Source: Octopus bimaculoides (Eukaryota). From it: a stretch of 52,623 bases of DNA. The notes under the pieces were generated by a model. That model was given only the letters and a program-made list of their open reading frames with translations, was not told the DNA's origin and did not search any database. The DNA is taken from positions 188,325,605 to 188,378,227 of the forward strand of contig NC_068981.1 in the NCBI RefSeq assembly GCF_001194135.2, given 5' to 3'. Position numbers and translations under genes: made by a program. Shown here piece after piece: positions 1 to 10,240 of this stretch; position 1 is the first letter of the stretch, and every line of letters begins with the position of its first letter.

Positions 1-370
1 TATATATATATGTATGTATATATGTGTATATATATATGTATGTATATATGTGTATATATATATGTATGTATATATGTGTATATATATATGTATGTATATA
101 TGTGTATATATATATGTATGTATATATGTGTATATATATGTATGTATATATGTGTATATATGTGTATGTATATATGTGTATATATGTGTACGTATATATG
201 TGTATGTATATATGTATGTATATATGTGTATATATATATGTATGTATATATGTGTATATGTATATATGTGTATATATATGTGTATATGTATATATGTGTG
301 TATGTATATATGTGTGTATATATGTATATGTTTGTAGATATGTATATATATCTGTATATGTATATATAGA
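1..370. repeat. Compound (TA)n/(TATG)/(TG) microsatellite-minisatellite
   Basis: Near-pure T/A/G low-complexity array with recurring units such as TATATATGTATGTATATATGTG. It explains ORFs 10..369, 14..337 and 24..431. Confidence 0.97.
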
Positions 371-378
371 TGTGTGTG

Positions 379-730
379 AAGGTGCATGGCTCATTGGTTT
401 GCGCGTCGATCTCACGATCGTGATTTTGTAAGTTTGAATCCCGGCCTGGGCTGCGTGTTGTGTTCTTGAGCAAGACACTTTATTTCACTTTGCTCCAATT
501 CACTCAGCTGGAGATATGAGTTGCGACGTCATTGGTACCAAGCTGTGTCGGGCTTTGCCTTTAACTTGGATAGCATCGGTGGCGTGGAAATGAGTCTTTT
601 ATGCATGGGCGGCTGCTGGTTTTCCATAAAAACAATCCGAAGTTGTGCATTCGCCGTTCAGGCGACTTTCCGCCCAAATTATTATATGTACCCATGCTCA
701 TTCCTGCCCGACGGAGTCGATCGATTATGT
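379..730 (+). mobile_element. tRNA-derived SINE (group B head and central domain), cut off by an N-gap
   Basis: A-box-like TGGCTCATTGG and B-box-like AGTTTGAATCCC, then GTGTTGTGTTCTTGAGCAAGACACTTTATTTCACTTTGCTCCAATTCACTCAGCTG, which aligns by eye with 6234-6497 and 18195-18515. Confidence 0.8.
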
Positions 731-2981
731 NNNNNNNNNNNNNNNNNNNNNNNNNNNNNNNNNNNNNNNNNNNNNNNNNNNNNNNNNNNNNNNNNNNNNN
801 NNNNNNNNNNNNNNNNNNNNNTAGTTGTTTTTACATAGCGGAGTTAAATTGTAGGTATTTTTTAAAACATGCTCTCCCTATGATAATGCCAAAGTTTCTG
901 CAGATTGAATGGTGAACAGGCACAAAAAAATGATAGTAAAGAGACTTCGCAACGTGGTCGAAGAATGTGGAGCCGCCACCGATTTTACAATGCTGTTTCA
1001 ATCTGCATCGTCTTCCAGGAGACATCTTCTCAGCGAAGCATCATGGTAAATTGCACAGACATACCAAGCAAAGGTTTTAAGGTTCTCGAACGAGGCTGGA
1101 CCATGAATAATGTGCAGAAGTTGTCTGAGATTCAAACAGGTTATTAAAATTCCTCATTCAAACGCCATACCATAGAAAATAGAAAATAATTTATTCTTTC
1201 ATTGTTTCACATTGTATTTTGAATATATTGGCACCGAATTTTGTTTATTCAGGTGTGTTTTGCCAATATCTGTAATAATTCCGGGAGGTAATTATATTTC
1301 ATAGAAAATGGTATATATTGGAATACTGTCATTGTTAAAATTCCCATTCACAAATAATATCTTCAGTTTTAGATGACAGAAATATTTTCCATTTTTTTTT
1401 TCTTTCACGCTTAAATGTTTCTTTCCTTCTACAATATTTAAGTATTTTGACCAATGAATCGGATTAACCATTCTTTTTACCAAATGTAAAACATAGTCAA
1501 ACATTATGAAAACTGACTGTTATATGTACAATGAACAAAACCTGCATATTTTTTGAATTATGAACGTATTTAAATGTGAAACAATATGAGAATAAATCGT
1601 CTTTTGTAGCATTTGAAACTGGGTAGTTGCTAAAACTGTGTTCAATAAAATGGTATTTTAAGCGATCAGATTTTCTGAATTTGAGCCAGTTCTATTAAAG
1701 TTCTGCATATCTCTATAAAGTAAATCCTTATGTGGCTAATAATATTCGTTATAAAGAAATGGTTCAGAATGACAGACACAGTTGATTGTAGGGGAAAATG
1801 CCTTTCGACATTTAGTTACTTTAGTTAACCAAAGTTCACATCTTGTTGAACTCGACTTTACTTTTCTTCGCAAAGATAACAAACTGTAATTATATACTAG
1901 GATGTCGAATAAACTGATTATACTTCGCTCTAATATATGTAGGCTCAAGTCAATATGAGAAATCAATTCAATGAATGAAGATATCTACCTTACAGAACAA
2001 AAAAAATGGTCTACGAAGCTGTGACCTGGAGATTTTATTGAATGCGAGTAAGCGAGAGCATGAAAAAAGTGACGGGAAATCCATATGTGTGAGAAGATTT
2101 ACTATTTTGAATGATAGTGCTTACGATGATGTTATAAGACGAAACTTTGAACCTGTGTCATCTTTGTTTATTCGCTTCTGATTTGGAATGAAAACAATTA
2201 CAATTCTTGTCACGGTCTTCTTGCCGAAGTGTTTAAATATAATTATCATGTTTATTTTGCCCGCTATACTGAAGATACACGATACATTGAAATGGTTTGT
2301 CACATATACAGATGTTATTAAATAGATTATTCGATACACGACAAAGAAAGAAGAAAGAAGTAAAATGATTTTGACATGCTTCTTTTCCTTACAAAACTGA
2401 ATGAGACAGTGAAATAGGTACGTATATCGAGAATTCATATAAAACACAAATGCAGTTTTATTGTACGTGGAGTGTTCTGCTTATGACAGATGTTGAAAAA
2501 CAACGAAATTCACGTGTGGCAGCCATTCAACTTTAGCACACACACAAAACGGTCCGAAAGAAAGACAAGAAATGGGGACCTTTTCTCCGCCCCCATGCCT
2601 CTCTCTGTCATTCATTTATATTGGAAATACAGTTATAATTTCTCTCGCTGCTTTCTATTCGTTGAAGTGGTTAAATATGAGTGAAAAGTTCANNNNNNNN
2701 NNTATATATATATATATATTTATATCTGTGGGTGTGTATAATACAATAACTAGAGGTACAAATAATATATACATGGAAATAGGGAAAAGTATGTGTACAA
2801 AACATCGCTTAAAGTATAAGAAAGTGGGTAAATTATATAGAGCAGTCAATAAAAATAAAATTATACAAAGATATTTGAGGACAGATTTATGTTTATAAGA
2901 AAAAACAGAGATATAATAACAGATAATAACTTTATTTATCAAAAAGTGCTATGAGGATAAAAATAAACCTTTTCTATAATG

Positions 2982-3785
2982 TTATTCGAGAAAACCACCT
3001 TCAGCTTCAACAACTGCTTCTATATGAGATCTAAAGCATCTCCATGCTCGAATCAAGTGAACCTGGTTCATCTTGGACATTACTCTGACTATGGCAGCTT
3101 TCATAGAATCTTTGGTGTTATGGACGTGTTCATTGATCTCTCTCTCAACAACGATCCAATGGATCGAGATCTGGGGAATTAGAAGGCCAAATGTTAGGGG
3201 TTATGTGATCATGAAAATTTTCAGCCATCCATTCCTGTATTACTAGAACCATGTGTAATAGTGCAGAGTTTTGCTCAAACACATATGGCCTTACATTGCA
3301 TACACTGTCTATCCAAGGCTTAATAATTATTTCCAGGACATCAATGAAGGTGGCAGTGTTAACTCTAAGGCCTTGTGGAGAGATGTAAGGTGGCATCACA
3401 TGTCCTTCATTGCTAACAACCCCTAAAACCATGACAGTTGCAGGAAATTTTGTCTGTATAACATTTGGAACTTCAGAAGGGTCCGCATATAACCATCTGT
3501 CATTTCGTATGTTAACTTTTTGATCTTGAGCGGAGTTTTTCTCGTTTGAGAAAAGCCAAATCAAATCTCCTATTGGATTGTTTAAGAACCTTTTAATTTT
3601 GATACTGGTGATACAATCCCATCTTCAGTCTCTAGCTCCTTACAAATTTTGTAGACGCAAGATCTGGCAACTTTCAAAATTCGAGATATTTCTAAATCGC
3701 TATGCTCAGCCTTTATAAACATAATAGCAGCATGCCTCTTCCTTTCTGTAAGCTGAGGGTATGCCATTATTATTTCCTGAAACAA
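2982..3785 (-). mobile_element. Decayed Tc1/mariner transposase, DD37D (maT) type, internally deleted
   Basis: ORF 3582..3785 gives an N-terminal HTH (AEHSDLEISRILKVARSCVYKI). ORF 3145..3564 gives the catalytic core FSNEKN...KFPATVMVLGVVSNEG...FEQNSA...WPSNSPDLDPLD, with 37 residues between the 2nd and 3rd catalytic positions. After a frameshift the C-terminus VVEREINEHVHNTKDSMKAAIVRVM...IEAVVEAEGGFLE* ends at 2982. The first two catalytic Asp positions read Asn. Confidence 0.9.
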
Positions 3786-4232
3786 AGATTATACAGAGTT
3801 AGCAAAAAATTCAGCAATGACCCCAAAAAGGTATGTCCTCTAATAACTTACGCATCTTGTATGTAGAGAAAATCTGTATATTCAGGGAAGAGAAACAATT
3901 AAATGTACTCAGCAAGTATGTAGAAATATACCGTTACATACATAGATGCACACAAACACAGGCATACAGGGATGTTCCCATGCGTGGTTGCATATATAGC
4001 CAAACCATATACATACACACGTACTTGAAAGGACGGAGAAAATTATTTGGATATTTAAAGTTTAATGAAAAAGTGAAATCTGTCAACATAAAATTGACTT
4101 TTGTCGCTTCTATTGAATATTGATTAAATTTCTATTTGTAATACGTTACACATTTAATTCACATCATTGAATGAGATCCATTTTCTGGAATTCTAAAAAG
4201 CCACGTTAAACAAATTAAAAATGCATATTCAT

Positions 4233-4394
4233 GTAGGCACAGACGCAGCTGTATGATAAAAGATTGTTTCCCAGTCTCATGGTTTCGTGTTCAGTCCCAC
4301 TCTGTGGCACTTGAGGCAAATGTCTTTTTCTATTGCCTTGGGCCGAGTGAAGCCTTGTGAGTAGATTTAGTAGACGGAAACTGAAAGAAACCCA

Positions 4395-4429
<35 letters not shown>

Positions 4430-4640
4430 AATGTGTTTTATGTGTTATGTGTGTGCTCGTTTGTCCTCCATTATCGTTTGACAACCGGTGTTGGTTTGCT
4501 TACGTCCCAGTAAACTAGCTGTTAGAATCTTACCAGGCTTAAAAACTAAACGTCGGGGTCGGTTTATTCGACTAAACTCGTCAAGACGGTGCCCCTGCAC
4601 AGCAGCAGTCCGATTACTGAAACAACTAAGAAAAGAGAAA
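4233..4640 (+). mobile_element. tRNA-derived SINE group A with internal (TG)n
   Basis: Head ...GGTTTCGTGTTCAGTCCCACTCTGTGGCAC, body GCCTTGTGAGTAGATTTAGTAGACGGAAACTGAAAGAAACCCATCG, (TG)n tract, tail GACGGTGCCCCTGCAC...CAGTCCGATTACTGAAAC. Collinear with 38917-39315. Confidence 0.85.
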
Positions 4641-5574
4641 AGGAAGGTGTTGTGATACCATGCTTTTAACCTGATACATCCGCTTACATTCCATTATCGT
4701 TCCAGTAGTAAGGTTTTGTTCAGCTTGGCTCGATCCTGCCGCATAATCTGCCAGAATTTCGTCCCATCTCACAAATCTTCTCTAAACTGCGAACTGCAAA
4801 GTTCAAGACAAGCATCAGCCGCATCGCTCTCACCCGTCTAAAGCACCTTTAAGAATACTGGCATTCTCTTTCTAAAGGAGTAATCTAGTTTTGTATAGTT
4901 AAGTGTATCTCAAGCAACTAATATAATTCTTTCCTGATATTTTATTGCATATGTTATTTCGTGCTACACCACATATTTAAACTAAAAAACAAAAAACTAT
5001 CAAAATTTCTTTTCTCTTTATCGTTTAAACTGTCGTACTCTTGTCTCATGTATCAAATTCGATTCACTCTCTTTTATCGACTTCTCAATTGAATTTATTG
5101 TAAAGTGGAATTGAATTTAAGTCATTAAATAATTATTCGATATTTTGAAATAAATTATTTTTCAGTATTTTGAATAGAGCGTAGCTTATCATAAGCGACA
5201 ATATGTCGTCGAAGATGTCTGTATATAAGCGCGTGTTTATATGTGCGCGTGTGGATATATGTTGTAATTTGTTTGGATAAGATTGAAAGTGTCGATGACT
5301 GGAGTTGAATAGGTACGTCATATAGTTTCAGATTTCATTTTCTTTTTTCTTTTGGTACCATGTTATTTTATCTCTAAATTGTGTAGCGATTGGTCAAATA
5401 AATGCATTAAACCTATACTTACCGTAGTTTTGCATACAACGGGATGTGCAGATAGAACCGGCAGGTCCCATTCCAACATTCAACCAATTTCCCTTCAAAA
5501 CTCGCATAACAGGTTACAAACGTGGCTTTGTATTTATATACTTCAACGACCATTGCTCCCGATTAGGCTATAAG

Positions 5575-5710
5575 CGCGGAGCTGCAGGTGGCAAATTGGC
5601 AGAGTCATTAGAAAGTCGGACAGAACGATTCGCTGTATTGGTTCCGACTCTGCGCCATAAGCTCAAAACTTACCCAGGTGGACTTATCGATTTATCGCTT
5701 CAGCGTCGAT
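5575..5710 (+). mobile_element. Old SINE group C copy
   Basis: GGTGGCAAATTGGCAGAGTCATTAGAAAGTCGGACAGAA...CGTCGATGAAAA aligns loosely with the group C copy at 50123-50292. Confidence 0.55.
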
Positions 5711-5829
5711 GAAAATGCTACTATCAAAGGTAATGCACTGGCGAAGATGCAAGAACGTCGAACAAGATGTTCTGCAGTATTTATCCTGGCCCTTTGCACT
5801 CTGAGTTCAAATCACAACATTGCCTACTT

Positions 5830-6130
5830 GTAAGAGTAAGATTTAACCAATCTTTAACATTACCATCTGGTACCTTGACTACCTTCTGGTACCATCTGAT
5901 CCCTTCAGCAGAGTCTACTCTGTGCAAGATTTCCAGGCAGATTTATGGTTTAAGGATACTTTGTTCACACCTCACTCTCTTCCTCCCGTCTCGGGAACCC
6001 CGTGACATGTCACGGTCACTGCCTTCCATCCTGACTAAAAAACTATGATAAAGCTGCCTACTCCAAAGTCTGTGTGGCCTACATATTTCAACCTTATGGT
6101 GCTCGTACTTTCATTTATACCGTGAACAGA
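5830..6130 (-). mobile_element. Possible degraded LINE (RTE-like) 3' fragment
   Basis: Minus-strand translation includes IRLKYVGH, resembling the RLRWxGHV motif near RTE ORF2 C-termini. The rest is heavily decayed. Confidence 0.3.
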
Positions 6131-6233
6131 ACATGAATACCAGGAGACAGAACTGAAATATTCACTGTTTAATAGCAAAGTATTTGCTTACTAACCTTAA
6201 ATTTAATTTTATATTATGTAAAATAAAGTAATA

Positions 6234-6497
6234 GTGGAGGCGCGTGGCTTAGTGGTTAGAGTGTCAGCATCATGATCATAAGATTGTGGTTTCCATTCCT
6301 GGACCGGGCGACGCGTTGTGTTCTTGGGCAAAACACTTCATTTCACGTTGCTCCAGTCCACTCAGCTGGCAAAAATGAGTAACGCTGCGATGGACTGGCG
6401 TCCCGTCCAGCTGGGGAACACATACGCCATAGAAACCGTGAAACCGGGCCCATGAGCCTGGCTAGGCTTTAAAAGGGCGCATTTATTATTATTTAAC
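6234..6497 (+). mobile_element. Full-length tRNA-derived SINE group B with 11-bp TSD
   Basis: A box TGGCTTAGTGG (6245-6255), degenerate B box GGTTTCCATTCC (6288-6299), central domain GCGTTGTGTTCTTGGGCAAAACACTTCATTTCACGTTGCTCCAGTCCACTCAGCTGG, ATT-rich tail. Flanking direct repeat ATAAAGTAATA at 6223-6233 and 6498-6508. Confidence 0.9.
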
Positions 6498-6867
6498 ATA
6501 AAGTAATAACAGTTAAACCGTACCCCTCCCACTATGTACCGAATCTTTAAACCTTGATTATTCCCTCACACCCTAACTTCCTGATTTCTTCTATAATATT
6601 TCTTGTTGCACGTTGTGTCTTCCCTGCGGTAAGTACGGGTTACATTCTTAGAACCAACGGTGCTGGCTGTTATATCTCAGCTAATGCGGTTCTTTGAGAA
6701 AGATGATGCGTTTCTTCTATTGATGAATGTCTTCAAGTGTTGCACGTATCTAACTTTGGGAGTCTCACTTCTTGTTCCAAGGCCGGTTTTGTCCCTTTGC
6801 CTCTCTTGCAATATTTTTGTCTTGTAGATCATGTATTTCAAGTAGCTTTCTAGCTTTCCATTCAGTA

Positions 6868-6871
<4 letters not shown>

Positions 6872-6909
<38 letters not shown>
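6872..6909. repeat. (TA)n microsatellite
   Basis: Pure TA run. Confidence 0.95.
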
Positions 6910-6912
<3 letters not shown>

Positions 6913-8622
6913 GACCAAATTGAAACTAGGAAAACAAGATACTATATGATATGATCTGGAGCAAACAGTGAACCGCGCCTGTTAACCAAAAACACTTCGA
7001 AACAAGAAAACGATGCATAGATATAAGATAGTAAAGATAACGAACAAAAACCCATTACAATCAACGAATTAACACAAGAAACAATAACTAGTGACGACAT
7101 GCAAAAGTATACCAAAACATGGGGGAACAGTTTGTGTAAACATGCCAAAACAACGAACCCCCTGAATTTTATATAAAACACAGAAAGAAAATTATTGCTT
7201 ACCTGAATATTGCAATGGTATCAAACACGATCACGAATAAAAAGATTTTCTGATTAAATAATGGTATACTCTAAAAAAAGGTTGAGTGTTTTCCCCTCTC
7301 CTCTTGCGTGTGTATGTATTCGTATAATCTTAGCAGTTGATAATTGTTTTCATTATTTAGATTTCTAAAACATGTGAAGAATGTTTCTTAATTAAAATGT
7401 ATATCGACAGTTTGATGGAGTGAATACTCTTTAGAATGAAACATCAATCTGAGAAAATTATTTATATAAATAAACATAAACTATTCAGAGCGGAAATTAT
7501 TCCTCTTGGAAAGGTCTGGAATGTAGATTACCTTAGGTGCAAATCTTATTACCTGCACAAATGTTAAACAACAAATTGTGCATTTATTTCTTCACCATTT
7601 GTAACCATGGCTACGAATGAAACATAAAATAGATTTTGTGTTGTTTGACAAGCAACTGGAAAAAGCTTAAATCTGTAATGTTAATCAGACAACTTCAAAT
7701 TGTTGCCAATATTGTTGGATTTCGTTTGGATAAGATTCAAAGTATCGATGACTGAGAAATTGAAATTTGTTCAGGGGATGCCAATAACCTTTTATCTTGG
7801 AGTCAGCTCTGAGTGTTCAGAAAATGTAAAGTAATTTGAGGTTGCTGAGTTCAGAGCTTCATAAAAGGTATTAAAATGTTATCTAAGAGAGTGCTAAAAG
7901 GAAATAAAAGAAAGGATTACCATAAACGGAGAAATGGAATAACAAAGAGGCGTGTTGAAATGAATCGAGAAGGTAAAACACAGAAAAAAAAATAAACGAA
8001 AATAAATATTGCGAAATGGTGCAGAGAAAAAAAAGCAAGTAAAGAATGTAATTAAAGCTGGAAAATGAGAATCGTAAATGCTTGAAAACAAGTATTGGAA
8101 AGGGACTGAGTAAATGACAATGACAAGTTTGCTGAAAGACTTAGTAGTAACAAAATGCAAACACATTTCAATATTTTACTGGTCCGGACTACTTCTGCTC
8201 ATGGCTGATACAGCTGGACTTTATGTATTATACCTGAGTAGTTCGAGATGCACGGAAATGTAATTTGTATTGCAAATACTCTTAAAATATTATGGATTGC
8301 CAAACATTAAACTATTATTGTTAATCTGTTGGCAGCTTGAGTTGGCCTTTCAAATTCGAATTAACTTCACTTCTGCCAGGGTAAACTTCTACGGCAAAAG
8401 GTTTACGGTTACGAAGCTATATTGAAAACAATACTATCACAATCACAAAATAATCTTAAAACAATAAAACACGCGCACGCGCGCGCATAATTATATTATT
8501 TATAATAGAAACAAAGCCTTTTGCATGTCACTTATAACACAGTATGTTAAGTACCTTTCACAAAACTGTTGGCTCTTTTGTAACTTTCTTCCGGTTAAAC
8601 ATAAGAAGTAATATAATATATA

Positions 8623-8628
<6 letters not shown>

Positions 8629-8666
<38 letters not shown>
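8629..8666. repeat. (TA)n microsatellite
   Basis: Pure TA run. Confidence 0.95.
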
Positions 8667-8670
<4 letters not shown>

Positions 8671-9031
8671 AAAAGAATTTCGCTCAAGAACATGGTGAGT
8701 TGTAGCGAAAAAAATATATAGTAAAAGGAAAAGGCACGGAATTTGTATATTTTAAATATATTTCAAGGTGTTGAATATTATGATTGTCGACCTGCTTTGC
8801 GTTTCGCTAATCATGACATTGAATTTGGTGAAAATATTGCAATTTAGAAGTTAGTCCATGTTGATTGTATCAGTGTTGATTTGTAAACGAATCAACATGT
8901 AGAAAAAAAGAATTAATTGGAGGTAACTGGTGATTGTAATTATTCGAGACAGGGGCATTAATTGCACTTGGCAGTGCTGGTTATCCGTTCATGAATTAAA
9001 ATATTTACAAACACCAAAATTTAAGTGTTCA

Positions 9032-10240
9032 TATTCAGGCGCGGTTGGTATTTTGCAATAGACATATTGTCTTTATTCATCCGTTCTTGTATAGAAATTG
9101 TTTCCTTGCACCGGAAACTGTGAATTTGGTTGAAGAACCCCTGCACATTTATCAATACGTTCACTCAATGGTATCTGTCTATATTTTTAGAAACGGATCT
9201 GTTCTTTATGCAGTGTAGTTCTCCGTCTAAGTGACTTCTTGTTTGGCCAATATAGTTATATCCACAACCTGAACAAGTTCTCACGTAAATTAAATTTTCG
9301 GATGCACAAGTGAAATTGGTCTCAATTGTGAATCTGTTGGTGTTTGAAATGGGATTCCGAACCTTCCCTTATGTTGGGCATGTTTCAAAATTTGAACGTC
9401 CGCATCTTTTAACTATTGGTGCCATTGCTTTTTTACATTTTAATGAATTTGTGTTTGAAGAATGTGGTTCATCTTTGGATGCCTAGTAAGCATTATTAGA
9501 TTTGGATAATGGTGCTGTGAGCCTTATTGTTTCTTGGGTGTGAGTCGATTTATATGGTAGTATTTTTAGATGAGGTGTGGGATTTAGTTTTGTTTCCCTT
9601 AGTGTTTTTGATGCTTATTTTCTTGGCATGTTTAATTCCATCGTTGATAAGTGAGTGTGAATATTGTCTCGGTTAGTGTTGTTCTGGGGTTTTGAAATCG
9701 AAATTCCCGAGTATTTGCATCAAACACTATTGTGCAAATCCTTTCCGCTAAATTAAAAGAAATATTCCTTTTGATGTGTTTCGGGTGATATGAACTAAAC
9801 AAGAGATATTGCTTCGTGTCCGTTGGCTTATAAATGTCAGTGGCAGTTGTCTTTGCTTTACTCCATTGTAAACAGAATATTTAGATTAAAATTATGTAGT
9901 AATGATTTGAATTCAAAGAGCTTATTAATGGTTTCACTCCAAATGATAAAGCAGTCATTCAGATAGCTTTTCCCTTTCTCTCTTATATAATGGTAAAATA
10001 ATCATCCATATTTTTGTAGTGATACTTCATATATGGTTAATTCTAAACATTCCATTATTAGGTTCGCAAGAACTGAGGCTGCTTTTATTACCATTGCAAT
10101 TCCAAATTTTTGTCGGTAGTGGGTGTCAGGAAATAGAAAGTAATTGTTCTGGAAGAGAAATTTTAAAGTTTCAATTATAAAAACCTGGTTCATGCGCTCT
10201 GGAAGTTCTTCGGGAGGAGTTTGCAGCCAGAATTTGAGTA
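9032..10240 (-). mobile_element. Penelope-like retroelement remnant: RT C-terminal half, thumb, Cys linker, GIY-YIG endonuclease
   Basis: Manual minus-strand translation, with stops and frameshifts: GIEVLKFWLQTPPEELPERMNQVFIIETLKFLFQNNYFLF...QKFGIAM...ANLIM (RT); YLNDCFIIW (YIDD equivalent); KPTDTKQYLLFSSYHPKHIKRNISFNLA (thumb); KRCGRSNFETCP (linker); FTCASENLIYVRTCSGCGYNYIGQTKKSLRRRTTLH...KYQPRLN (GIY-YIG). Confidence 0.9.

Noticed and set aside
10-431. Long ORFs rich in Y/I/M/V/C, and similar ORFs at 16365-16739, 27071-27436, 35542-35773 and 52102-52467
   Set aside because: Translations of TA/TG microsatellites, not proteins.
6000-6015. Perfect 16-bp palindrome CCGTGACATGTCACGG
   Set aside because: A single short palindrome inside a probable LINE remnant, with no second half-site or other support.
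6234-6310. tRNA gene
   Set aside because: A and B boxes are present, but the sequence runs into a SINE body with a TSD and lacks a complete cloverleaf. The same applies to the other SINE heads.
6650-6865. Plus-frame peptide VISQLMRFFEKDDAFLLLMNV resembling a TBC-domain helix, near GTAAGT donors
   Set aside because: The frame stops before the donor, and the minus strand reads more like a decayed LINE 3' end. Neither reading is strong.
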